Below are positions 51,701 through 60,052 of a DNA stretch of 64,000 nt, one piece after another (within the stretch, counting starts at the first letter, position 1; each line of letters opens with the position of its first letter). The stretch covers positions 411,337-475,336 of the forward strand of contig JBAZKH010000001.1 of assembly GCA_041650935.1 (NCBI GenBank). The letters run 5' to 3'. The notes under the pieces are model-generated. The model was not told where the DNA came from. It worked only from the letters and a program-made list of their open reading frames with translations, and did no database searches. Position numbers and translations under genes: made by a program. Source of the stretch: Candidatus Omnitrophota bacterium (lineage in GTDB: Bacteria; Omnitrophota; Gorgyraeia; 2-01-FULL-45-10).

Positions 51701-52208
51701 TGGCGCGGAGGTGCTTTTGGGCGGGATCATTACCAAGGTGAAATTTACCACAACGCGGAAGACGAATGAAAAGATGGCGATAGCGTCGCTCGAGGACCTG
51801 AACGGGACGGTTGAGGTCCTGATATTCCCGAGCGCGTTCCAAAAATCGGCCAACCTTATAAAACAGGACGCCATTGTTTTTATGCAGGGCCGCTTGAGCC
51901 TGCGGGAAGATGAGCCAAAAGTCGTGGTCAATGAAGTCTCCTCTCTCGAGTCGGTGAAGATGAAATATACGAAGATAGTTTCTATAGATCTCCTTACGGC
52001 CGGCCTTGAGGCGGGCGCCCTGGAGAAGCTGAAGAAAGTGTTGGCGAGGTATCCAGGCCGCATCCCTGTCTACCTTACTTTTGTAAAGCCTGACGGTAAG
52101 CGTATGCGTATGACCGCGAACAGTTCTCTCGCGGTCGAGCCCCACGAGGGCCTTATACGCGATATAGAGAAGATATTCGGCCGCGATGTCGTTAGTTTCA
52201 AGACGTAA
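48762..52208 (+). CDS. dnaE: DNA polymerase III alpha subunit
   Basis: PHP domain (FVHLHLHSQYSLLDGA), palm/fingers (GSAAGSVVSYALGIT), OB domain; 1148 aa. Confidence 0.95.
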   Translation: MTHSDFVHLHLHSQYSLLDGACQLEALIQKIRDCKMPACAITDHGNMFGAIEFYDMAMKHGVKPIIGSELYIAPGSRFEKSSHGIHEAAFHLVLLAKNETGYKNLMKLVSIGFLEGFYYRPRIDKEVLAKHKDGLICSTACLKGEIPHLIYTNQLDQAKKVIDEYRSMFGKDNFYLEIQDNLIPEQERVNEELVRIARDMNIGLVATNDVHYLEKEHARAHETLLCIQTQTTMEDPNRMRLQTDEFYFKTKDQMSRTFGDMAPEAIKNTMAIAEKCNLELDFKHHHLPNYKVPEGKVKEEYLRDLVYEGLKTRYPAADSSVYARVEHELKVIENFGYPSYFLIAWDFVHYAKEHGIPVGPGRGSAAGSVVSYALGITSIDPLKYDLLFERFLNPERISLPDIDIDFCYERRGEVIDYVVKKYSKENVAQIITFGTMMAKGVVRDTGRALGMAYGDVDRIAKLIPNDLNMTLNHALEQEAELRNLYKMDQKIAQLIDTSLVLEGLTRHASTHAAGVVISEEPLVNYVPLYKIQEGQITTAYPMTSLEKIGLLKMDLLGLRTLTVISEALKILKRTKGVDLDIDTILLEDKKTYKLLANAESIGVFQLESSGMRDLLKKLKPEKFEDIIALLALFRPGPIGSGMLDDFMKRKHGEVKVRYDHHLLEPILKETNGVILYQEQVMRIASSLAGFSLAQADNLRRAMAKKVPEVMTQMRELFVAGSAKKSIDRKVASKIFDQIEYFAGYGFNKSHSAAYALISFRTAYLKANFPVEFMTALLTSEKDNLDKIAVYIAEAQKMGIKVLPPDVNESYANFTVVGDSIRFGLLAIKHVGEGAIDSIINMRQKNGRFKSLYDFTEKVDSRLVNRKVLESLIKCGAMDSYGLYRSQLSAMIDKALEVAGGIQKDRANGQLSFFDKFEDQENFKKTYQDIPNIPEWPENQLLAYEKEMLGFYITNHPLARFDKILKTYSTCATTELGTLADGAEVLLGGIITKVKFTTTRKTNEKMAIASLEDLNGTVEVLIFPSAFQKSANLIKQDAIVFMQGRLSLREDEPKVVVNEVSSLESVKMKYTKIVSIDLLTAGLEAGALEKLKKVLARYPGRIPVYLTFVKPDGKRMRMTANSSLAVEPHEGLIRDIEKIFGRDVVSFKT

Positions 52209-52271
52209 GATGATTGTCGTTGACTTTAAAGCGAAGCAGTGTTACATTAACCCATTGAGAGATATAATGTT

Positions 52272-52694
52272 ATGCGTGATAAGAAGACAGAGATAGATAT
52301 AAAATCGATGAAGGGCTTCCTGGAGTTCTGGGACAAGTTCCGCTCCATATATTCGGACATGCTGGGGAAGGGGATCATAACAAAAGAAGACGAAGAGAAA
52401 TTCTTCGACACGAAGACGATGATCCGCGCCAAATATGATGAGCTCAAGAGCTCCCTGGAATACAACTATATGCCTCACGGCAGATTGACCGATCCGGTAG
52501 GCAATATCCTCGCGCTCCAGAGCGTCCGTTTCATCTCGGAAAATAATCTGAAGAAGACGGAGAACGACTGGAAGGATTCGTACATCTTTCTGAATAACAT
52601 ATTCGAACGGCTAAAGACCAGAAAACGCAGGTTTAAAGAGTTCAGCGCGCTTGGCGTATTCTTTAAAAGGGTGCGGGAGAAGATAGGGGGATAA
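52272..52694 (+). CDS. Hypothetical protein (140 aa), 4 nt upstream of HU
   Basis: No recognisable domain; predicted helical and basic. Confidence 0.4.
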   Translation: MRDKKTEIDIKSMKGFLEFWDKFRSIYSDMLGKGIITKEDEEKFFDTKTMIRAKYDELKSSLEYNYMPHGRLTDPVGNILALQSVRFISENNLKKTENDWKDSYIFLNNIFERLKTRKRRFKEFSALGVFFKRVREKIGG

Positions 52695-52698
52695 AATT

Positions 52699-52974
52699 AT
52701 GACTAAGAGAGATATCGTAATGAAGATTGCCGAGGAGGCGGACCTGAAGCAAGTCGATGTAAAGCTGGTTGTGCAGAAGACGCTGGACCATATTACATCT
52801 GCTCTTGCGGCAGGCAAGGCGGTGGAGTTGCGTAATTTCGGTATATTTAAGGTAAAGACGCGCCGCCCTAGGATAGGGAGAAACCCGAAGACGGGCGTTG
52901 CGGTGCCGATACCGGAACGCAAGGTGGTTACGTTTAAGTCCGGGATGATAATGAAGAAGAGAGTCGTGAAATAG
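52699..52974 (+). CDS. hup: HU/IHF-family DNA-binding protein
   Basis: GFGxF-type motif (RNFGIFKVKTRRPRIGRNPKTG). Confidence 0.85.
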   Translation: MTKRDIVMKIAEEADLKQVDVKLVVQKTLDHITSALAAGKAVELRNFGIFKVKTRRPRIGRNPKTGVAVPIPERKVVTFKSGMIMKKRVVK

Positions 52975-53000
52975 GGTATAGGAATCAAAATAGGGAAGAA

Positions 53001-54278
53001 ATGAAATACCAGACGATAAGAGGAACGAAGGATATATTGCCCGACGAAATTTCGCAATGGCAGGGGGTGGAGGCCGCGGCACGGGCGCTATTCAGGATAT
53101 ACGGATATAACGAGATACGCACGCCGGTGATAGAAGAGACGGGATTGTTCGTGAAGAGCGTCGGCGAGGATACCGATATAGTCAAGAAAGAGATGTTCTC
53201 CTTTCAGGACCGCGGGGAACGCGATATCTCCCTGCGCCCCGAGGGGACTGCGCCGATAGTGCGGGCCTACCTGGAAAATAATCTATATAAAACCGATCCA
53301 TTTCAAAAGCTTTATTACATAGGTCCGATGTTCAGGGCTGAGAGGCCACAGGCGGGCCGGTTAAGGCAATTTCATCAGATAGGATGCGAGGCAATAGGTT
53401 CATCCAATCCTGCCATCGATGCTGAAGTGATAAAAGTGATGACGGCGCTCTTGGATGCAGCCGGCATAAAAGAGTACGAGGTCAGGATAAATAACCTGGG
53501 ATGCGCTGAAGACAAGAAGCGTTTGTCCAGGATTCTCAAAGATATCTTTACGCAAAGCGCTGTTAATAAGACCCTGTGTGAGGATTGCCGTAGAAGGGCT
53601 AAGGAAAATCCTCTGCGCTTATTGGATTGTAAGAACGAAAACTGCCGGACCGTTATACGGGGCAATTTCAAAGATGTCAAGTTCCTATGCGCAGAATGCG
53701 GGAATTTTTTTGAAGAAGTATTGCGCTGTCTGAAAATCGCAAAAGTGAATTTCAGGATGGATCCATATATAGTAAGAGGGCTGGATTACTATACGCGTAC
53801 CGTCTTTGAGGTGACTCATTCTTCGCTCGGATCGCAGAATGCCCTTGGCGCGGGCGGAAGATACGATAACCTTATAAACCAGATGGGCGGACCCGAAACA
53901 GGTGCATGTGGTTTCGCGCTGGGCGTCGACAGGATGATCCTGGCTATTCCGCCGCAAACAGCAGAAGTTAAAAAGAATAGTGACTGTAATGTCCTTTATA
54001 TAGCGGCGCTGGGGGCGGCTGCCCGCGAAAAAGGCCTGGAGATTCTAAATGATATCAGGTCGTCCGGTATCGCCTCCGCCATGACTTATGAAGATAGCTC
54101 GCTTAAGTCTAAAATGAGAGCTGCCGATAAACTGGGGGCAAAATTCGTACTGATAATAGGCGACGATGAAATTTCTAAAGGCGAAGCGATGCTGCGGGAT
54201 ATGGTGACCAAAGAACAGCAGAGTGTCAAGTTTGAAGAAGTCATACAAAGAATAAAGGCATCGGTAAATATCAAATGA
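53001..54278 (+). CDS. hisS: Histidine--tRNA ligase
   Basis: Class II motifs 1-3, the HisRS-specific motifs, and the anticodon-binding domain. Contains a Cys-rich insertion (CEDCRRR...CKNENC...CAECGN). Confidence 0.9.
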   Translation: MKYQTIRGTKDILPDEISQWQGVEAAARALFRIYGYNEIRTPVIEETGLFVKSVGEDTDIVKKEMFSFQDRGERDISLRPEGTAPIVRAYLENNLYKTDPFQKLYYIGPMFRAERPQAGRLRQFHQIGCEAIGSSNPAIDAEVIKVMTALLDAAGIKEYEVRINNLGCAEDKKRLSRILKDIFTQSAVNKTLCEDCRRRAKENPLRLLDCKNENCRTVIRGNFKDVKFLCAECGNFFEEVLRCLKIAKVNFRMDPYIVRGLDYYTRTVFEVTHSSLGSQNALGAGGRYDNLINQMGGPETGACGFALGVDRMILAIPPQTAEVKKNSDCNVLYIAALGAAAREKGLEILNDIRSSGIASAMTYEDSSLKSKMRAADKLGAKFVLIIGDDEISKGEAMLRDMVTKEQQSVKFEEVIQRIKASVNIK

Positions 54279-54312
54279 CAAAATCCAATGTCATTTGAGC
54301 TTTGACATTTGT
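54275..54312. repeat. Family-1 repeat fragment (ATGACAAAATCCAATGTCATTTGAGCTTTGACATTTG)
   Basis: Begins at the hisS stop codon like the other family-1 copies; palindromic core AAATGACA..TGTCATTT. Confidence 0.45.
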
Positions 54313-54332
54313 TATTATAGGTAGAGGGTATT

Positions 54333-56108
54333 ATGTTAAGGACGCATACCTGCGGTGAATTGACGAATAAAGATGTCGGGAAAGACGTGGCGCTCTGCGG
54401 ATGGGTGGGCTCGCGCCGGGACCACGGAAATATCATATTCATCGACCTGCGTGATGGATACGGCCTGACACAGGTTGTATTCAATCCACAGATAAAACAA
54501 GAGGTCCACGATATAGCCGAAGAACTGCGCCCGGAGTTTGTAGTGAAAATCGAGGGCAAAGTTGCATTGCGGCCCGCAGGCACGGAAAACCCGAAACTGA
54601 AGACGGGGCTAATAGAGATTCATGCCGGGCGGGCTACCATATTGAATAAGGCCGCCACGCCGCCTTTCGAGATCAGTGATAATATTACCGTTACGGAAGA
54701 GACGAGGCTGAAGTATCGCTATCTCGACCTTAGAAGATCTGCGATGCAGAAGAATTTAAGACTGCGTCATAAGGTTTGCAAGCTTGCCAGGGACTATTTC
54801 GACGAGCGGGGTTTTGTCGAAGTCGAGACCCCGATACTTACGAAATCGACGCCAGAGGGGGCGCGGGATTATCTGGTCCCTTCGAGAGTCAATAACGGGT
54901 TGTTCTATGCTCTTCCGCAATCGCCTCAGCTATTCAAACAGATACTCATGGTCTCGTCCTTCGACAGGTACTTCCAGATAGCGAAGTGCTTCAGGGACGA
55001 GGACCTGCGCGCGGACAGACAGCCGGAATTTACGCAATTCGACATAGAGATGTCGTTCGTTACCGAAGAGGATATCTATGAGCTCTCCGAAGGGCTTATG
55101 AAGAAGATATTCAAAGAGGCGGTTGGATATGACCTCAAAACTCCTTTCCCGCGGTTGAAATATTCCGAGGCGATGGCGCGTTTTGGTTGCGATAAGCCGG
55201 ATACGAGATTTGGCCTTGAGCTTTCCGAGATCACTGATTTAGTTAAAGATTGCCAGTTCAAGATATTCCAGGATTGTCTTGCGCGGAAGGGGCGTATAAT
55301 CGCTCTGAACGCCAAAGGCTGCGGCAGGTATTCGCGCGGGCAGATCGACCAGCTGATAGAGTTCGTCAAGGAATATGGCGCGAGGGGTCTTGCCAATTTC
55401 AAGGTGGAAAAAGACGCGCTCGTTTCCCAGATAGATAAATTCTTCTCGAAGACCGAGCTTTCCGCGATAAAAGAGAAGCTGTCTGCCCAGGACGGCGATA
55501 TGATATTCATCGTGGCCGATAAAGAGAGGACCGCCTTCGAGGCGATGGCCGCCTTGCGCAAGTTCCTAGGCAGGGAGCTTAAACTGATCGACGAAAAGAG
55601 GTTCGACTTCCTCTGGGTCACGGATTTCCCGTTATTCAAATATAATGACGAGGAGCGGCGCTGGGAGTCGGAGCACCACCCGTTTACCTCCGTCCACCCG
55701 GATGATATCGGGCTCCTCGAAAAAGGGCAATCGCTCGACCATATCCGCTCAAGGTCCTACGACCTTGTCATAAACGGCACGGAGATAGGATCGGGGAGCA
55801 TCAGGATACATGAAAGAAAATTGCAGGAGTTGATCTTCAAAACCATAGGTATCGGTGACGACCAGGCGCGGTTGCGGTTCGGGTTCCTTCTGGACGCATT
55901 TAGATTCGGCGCTCCGCCGCACGGCGGCGTCGCTTTCGGGCTCGACCGGCTAATGACGTTTCTGGTCGGCTGTGAATCGATAAGGGATTGTATAGCATTT
56001 CCAAAGACGCAGAAAGCGTTCTGTCCGATGACGAACGCGCCGTCTGATGTTGACGAAAAGCAGTTGAGAGAGTTAGGTATTAAAATAAAAAAGGGGGAGA
56101 GTATATGA
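54333..56108 (+). CDS. aspS: Aspartate--tRNA ligase
   Basis: OB anticodon-binding N-terminus (RTHTCGEL...GWV..RRDHGNIIFIDLRD), class II motifs, and the GAD insertion domain; 591 aa. Confidence 0.95.
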   Translation: MLRTHTCGELTNKDVGKDVALCGWVGSRRDHGNIIFIDLRDGYGLTQVVFNPQIKQEVHDIAEELRPEFVVKIEGKVALRPAGTENPKLKTGLIEIHAGRATILNKAATPPFEISDNITVTEETRLKYRYLDLRRSAMQKNLRLRHKVCKLARDYFDERGFVEVETPILTKSTPEGARDYLVPSRVNNGLFYALPQSPQLFKQILMVSSFDRYFQIAKCFRDEDLRADRQPEFTQFDIEMSFVTEEDIYELSEGLMKKIFKEAVGYDLKTPFPRLKYSEAMARFGCDKPDTRFGLELSEITDLVKDCQFKIFQDCLARKGRIIALNAKGCGRYSRGQIDQLIEFVKEYGARGLANFKVEKDALVSQIDKFFSKTELSAIKEKLSAQDGDMIFIVADKERTAFEAMAALRKFLGRELKLIDEKRFDFLWVTDFPLFKYNDEERRWESEHHPFTSVHPDDIGLLEKGQSLDHIRSRSYDLVINGTEIGSGSIRIHERKLQELIFKTIGIGDDQARLRFGFLLDAFRFGAPPHGGVAFGLDRLMTFLVGCESIRDCIAFPKTQKAFCPMTNAPSDVDEKQLRELGIKIKKGESI

Positions 56109-56419
56109 AACTTGGCTATGTAGTGGCGATTGCCTGTGTTGCGATGGCGCTCGTTGGCTGCGAAAGGATAAGTAAGCCTTATATCATGACTGTAGACAGG
56201 ACCGATCAGAAGGTGCAGGGGAACAGGGGCTATCTGGAGGGGACGCCTCCGCCGGTAACGGAGAGGACGGGACTCAAGAGGCCGCTCATAGCCGTCGATA
56301 TGGACCTGGTCGAGATAAAGGGCAAGCCGTCGCAGGAGACGCTGCTTATTACAAAACAGGGTAAGAAGGCGATATTCCCCAAGACCGTCGAAAGCGAAGA
56401 AGAGAAGAATATAAAGTAG
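56105..56419 (+). CDS. Hypothetical small lipoprotein
   Basis: Lipobox LVGC after a signal peptide; ATGA overlap with the aspS stop. Confidence 0.45.
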   Translation: MKLGYVVAIACVAMALVGCERISKPYIMTVDRTDQKVQGNRGYLEGTPPPVTERTGLKRPLIAVDMDLVEIKGKPSQETLLITKQGKKAIFPKTVESEEEKNIK

Positions 56420-56420
56420 G

Positions 56421-56906
56421 ATGAACCCGGTATCTATAGGCGCGGAGATCGAGATAATAAATCTGCATAAGAGGTATAATCTAAACGGCGCCTGTCTGAA
56501 GAGTGTAATAAAAAAAATCCTGCAATGCGTTAATAAGTCCCGAAATATGACATCGCTGGACGTCGTCTTCATGGACGATAGGGCGATCAAGGTTTTGAAC
56601 AAGCGCTATAAGGGCAGGAATAGACCGACCGATGTGTTGAGTTTTGAATTTCAGGATGAACCCGCGAAAAAGGCCTTTGCGGGAGAAGTGATAATATCTG
56701 TCGATAGGGCCCGCGAGAATTCGAAGGTTTTTGGCACAGACTTTAAGGCGGAGCTCGTTCTTTACGTCATTCATGGCATATTACACCTTTTTGGTTATGA
56801 TGATATGTCGGAAGCAAAGAGAAGGGTGATGCGCCGTAAAGAAAGCGAGATCTTAAGGTACTTATGCACGAGAGAAAATTTGTCGAAAGTTTTAACGCCG
56901 CGGTAG
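56421..56906 (+). CDS. ybeY: Endoribonuclease YbeY (rRNA maturation factor)
   Basis: HGILHLFGYDD metal-binding motif. Confidence 0.85.
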   Translation: MNPVSIGAEIEIINLHKRYNLNGACLKSVIKKILQCVNKSRNMTSLDVVFMDDRAIKVLNKRYKGRNRPTDVLSFEFQDEPAKKAFAGEVIISVDRARENSKVFGTDFKAELVLYVIHGILHLFGYDDMSEAKRRVMRRKESEILRYLCTRENLSKVLTPR

Positions 56907-57562
56907 AGGGATTTATCTATGTCCTCAAGACCGAGCGCAATATGCGCGTCCATTTTCTAGCCGCCTTCTTCTTTATACTGCTGGGCATCTACCTTAACTT
57001 TACCTATATCGAGACGCTGGCGCTTTGTATCACGATAGTTTTGGTCCTGGCGAGCGAGATGGTAAATACCTCTATCGAGCTCATCGTCGATATGATAAAG
57101 AGCGACTTTCATCCGATAGCGCGAATAGTCAAGGACGTCTCCGCCGGAGCCGTACTCATTACTTCCGTAAATGCCGTAGTGGTGGGGTATATCTTATTCT
57201 TGCGGAAACTGCCGTTTAATGTGACCGAGGCCATGGAGAGCGTAAGGTCCTCGCCGTGGCATATAACATTTATAGCGCTTATCCTGGTCTTCGGTTCCAC
57301 AATCATAGGAAAGACTATTTTCCATAAAGGGACCCCGCTTCGGGGAGGAATGCCGTCCGGCCATGCGGCGATCGCGTTCGCGATATGGACTATAATAACC
57401 TTTTTGACCAATAACTCGATCGTCATAGTCTTGACGTTTTTGATGGCGTTCCTCATTGCAAGACACAGGATAAAGGATTCCATACATACCCTGTGGGAAG
57501 TCGTGGCCGGCAGTATCATGGGCATCCTCCTCACTACTCTCGTGTTCCAGGTTTTCCGCTAA
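56864..57562 (+). CDS. dgkA: Fusion protein: prokaryotic diacylglycerol/undecaprenol kinase (DgkA) domain + PAP2 (type-2 phosphatidate/undecaprenyl-PP phosphatase) domain
   Basis: N-terminal ~115 aa show the DgkA three-TM pattern with ASEMVNTSIELIVD. The C-terminal half has PAP2 motifs (PSGH; ARHRIKDSIHTLWE). Confidence 0.6.
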   Translation: MHERKFVESFNAAVEGFIYVLKTERNMRVHFLAAFFFILLGIYLNFTYIETLALCITIVLVLASEMVNTSIELIVDMIKSDFHPIARIVKDVSAGAVLITSVNAVVVGYILFLRKLPFNVTEAMESVRSSPWHITFIALILVFGSTIIGKTIFHKGTPLRGGMPSGHAAIAFAIWTIITFLTNNSIVIVLTFLMAFLIARHRIKDSIHTLWEVVAGSIMGILLTTLVFQVFR

Positions 57563-57580
57563 AGATAAGAGACCGCGAAG

Positions 57581-58333
57581 ATGGCGATCCAGAAGACCGA
57601 AGGCATACTTTTACGGCGGCAGGACCTGCGGGAGACGAGCCTCATCCTTACTTTCTACACAAAAGATTTCGGTAAGATCAAAGGCATAGTCAGGGGCGTC
57701 AGGGGGCCGCGCTCCGTATGCGGCGGCGCTAACCTGGAGATATTTTCACTCGACGAAGTCGTATTCTATGAAAGGCGTTCAAGCGATATATTTACTGTTT
57801 CGCAGTGTGATCTCGTCGAATACTTTACCCCGCTGAGGGAATCTTTGGAAAAACTGGCTTACGCAACCTACCTTATCGAGCTCATCGATTCGGTGACTGC
57901 CCTGGGAGACAAAAACAGGGAGGCGTTCGACCTTCTGCTGAACAGCCTTAAGCTCCTGTCGGGCGAGAGCAGCGCTAAGAGGGTGGCCAGGATATTCGAG
58001 ATAAAACTGCTGCATCTTTTGGGTCTGATGCCTACACTCGAACAGTGCGCAAATTGCGGTTCAAAATCCGGCTTGAGCTTGAGATTCAGTTTTCGGAACG
58101 GCGGGTTACTTTGCAAAGAGTGCCTTAAGTCTGATCTGGATGCGCGCCCCATTTTGCAGGGGACGGTTAAATTCATCGAGCATATACGCCCGCTGCCATT
58201 TGAGCGGGTGGCGCGTGTAAAGGTTGCGTCGGAAGTCGGGCATGAGCTTGAGCGAATCCTGCGCAAGTTCCTCGACTATCATGTCGAGCGCCGCCTGAAG
58301 ACCGTTGAATTCTTAAAAGTGATAGAGAGGTAA
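57581..58333 (+). CDS. recO: DNA repair protein RecO
   Basis: OB-fold N-terminus (GILLRRQDLRETSLILTFYTKDFGKI) and a C4 zinc motif (CANCGS...CKEC). Confidence 0.85.
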   Translation: MAIQKTEGILLRRQDLRETSLILTFYTKDFGKIKGIVRGVRGPRSVCGGANLEIFSLDEVVFYERRSSDIFTVSQCDLVEYFTPLRESLEKLAYATYLIELIDSVTALGDKNREAFDLLLNSLKLLSGESSAKRVARIFEIKLLHLLGLMPTLEQCANCGSKSGLSLRFSFRNGGLLCKECLKSDLDARPILQGTVKFIEHIRPLPFERVARVKVASEVGHELERILRKFLDYHVERRLKTVEFLKVIER

Positions 58334-58352
58334 AATTTTTCGTATCAGTCTA

Positions 58353-58481
58353 ATATGATGTGGCTCTGTGGTTCGCTAGGACGCGTAAATTTTAACCATG
58401 TAAAATTTACGCTCGAGAAAAATTGCTCGGACGCTGCCTCGCAATTTTTACGCCTAAGCTCACCACATCGCCACATCATAT
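58353..58481. repeat. Family-2 structured element, copy B
   Basis: TIR ATATGATGTGGC / GCCACATCATAT; hairpins at 58383-58412 and ~58413-58452 that covary with copy A. Confidence 0.8.
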
Positions 58482-58677
58482 GCCTGAGTTATCGAAAAAT
58501 GTGACTGGGGAGGCGGGCGGTGCGCAACGCCCTGCTCGGCACAACCCCTCGGGAGATACCTCCGGCATAAAGCGAAAAATTGCTGTTTCCATCCCGGGGT
58601 GGAATATTGCGGTGCATTTTTCTTGATTTGTTTAACAAGTCGTGTTAGGATACAGGCAACTCGGAGTTATCGATAAG

Positions 58678-60003
58678 ATGCAGCAAGACCAACAACAAAA
58701 TACGATGGACAAGATAGTCTCGCTATGCAAGAGGCGGGGCTTCATCTTCCAATCGAGCGAGATATACGGCGGACTGGCCAGCACATGGGATTACGGTTCT
58801 CTTGGAGCCGAACTTAAACGAAATCTCAAAAATGCCTGGTGGCGCGCCAATGTTTACGATCGTGATGATATCGAGGGCCTGGATGCCTCCATCCTCATGC
58901 GGCCGGAGACATGGATGGCCTCGGGCCACGTTACGAGCTTCGAGGATACTCTTGTAGATTGCAAATCCTGTAATAAACGTTTTAAGGTCGAGCATGTTAC
59001 GGGCAAAAAGTGCCCTGAATGCGGCGGCGACCTGACCGAGGCCCGCCAGTTCAACCTTATGCTTAAGACCCACCTGGGTCCCATAGAAGATACGGGCAGT
59101 CTGACATACCTTAGGCCCGAGACCGCGCAGGGCATTTTCGTCAATTTTCAGAATGTGATTACCTCCATGAGACGCAAACTTCCTTTCGGCATTGCGCAGA
59201 TCGGCAAATCATTCCGCAACGAAGTTACCACGGGCAACCTGACGTTCCGTTCGCGTGAGTTCGAACAGATGGAGATCGAATTCTTCGTCAAACCGGGCAC
59301 GGACGAAGAGTGGTACGATAAATGGGTGAGCGAAAGGTTCGAGTGGTATATTAAACTAGGCATAAGGAGAGAAAATTTGCGCCGGCGAGCGCATGAGAAG
59401 AAAGAGCTGGCCCATTACGCGAAAGCGTGTACCGATATTGAATACAAGTTCCCGTTCGGGTGGTCGGAGCTCGAAGGCATAGCCAACAGGACCGATTTCG
59501 ATTTAAAACAGCATATGCGCTTAAGCGGCAAGAGCCTGGAATATTTTGACGAAGAGACCAAGGATAGATATTTACCTTATGTTATAGAACCTTCAGGCGG
59601 AGTCGACAGGTCCATCCTTGCTTTTCTTACGGATGCATATAAGGAAGATGAAGTGCGGGGTGAAAAGCGCGCGCTGCTTGCGCTTGACAAAAAGCTTGCC
59701 CCTGTCAAGGTCGCCATATTGCCGCTTCTCAGGAATCGGCCCGATATCGTAAAGCTGGCCAAAGATATTTTGCAGGATATTAAAGGATCCCCCGCAATAG
59801 GCGGGAAAGTAATGTATGACGACACTGCTTCGATAGGAAGGCTGTACAGGCGGCAGGATGAAGTGGGTACCCCGTTCTGCATAACAGTCGACGTAGATTC
59901 TCTTAGCGACAGGAAGGTGACCATTCGCGATAGGGATACGATGAAGCAGGATCGTGTCGGGGTTGATAAAGCGGGAGAATATCTGGAGGAGAAATTCAAA
60001 TAA
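58678..60003 (+). CDS. glyQS: Glycine--tRNA ligase (homodimeric alpha2 type)
   Basis: MDKIVSLCKRRGFIFQSSEIYGGLASTWDYG and class II motifs. ATG at 58678 with a GGAG RBS; an alternative ATG lies at 58705, and the ORF-track start at 58642 is a GTG. Confidence 0.9.
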   Translation: MQQDQQQNTMDKIVSLCKRRGFIFQSSEIYGGLASTWDYGSLGAELKRNLKNAWWRANVYDRDDIEGLDASILMRPETWMASGHVTSFEDTLVDCKSCNKRFKVEHVTGKKCPECGGDLTEARQFNLMLKTHLGPIEDTGSLTYLRPETAQGIFVNFQNVITSMRRKLPFGIAQIGKSFRNEVTTGNLTFRSREFEQMEIEFFVKPGTDEEWYDKWVSERFEWYIKLGIRRENLRRRAHEKKELAHYAKACTDIEYKFPFGWSELEGIANRTDFDLKQHMRLSGKSLEYFDEETKDRYLPYVIEPSGGVDRSILAFLTDAYKEDEVRGEKRALLALDKKLAPVKVAILPLLRNRPDIVKLAKDILQDIKGSPAIGGKVMYDDTASIGRLYRRQDEVGTPFCITVDVDSLSDRKVTIRDRDTMKQDRVGVDKAGEYLEEKFK

Positions 60004-60052
60004 AATTCGAAATTCTAAATTCGGATTTAAAGATGAAAGGAGCGTAGTAGAA

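Noticed and set aside
58482-58677. Possible T-box riboswitch upstream of glyQS (GGGGTGGAATATTGCGGTG loosely resembles the T-box AGGGUGGNACCGCG, and a downstream U run).
   Set aside because: The match to the T-box core is partial. No convincing stem I specifier loop presenting a GGC codon or an AG-box/GNUGA motif could be found by eye. The adjacent conserved element is the family-2 repeat that also occurs upstream of groES, so it is not glycine-specific. A cmscan would be needed to revive this.
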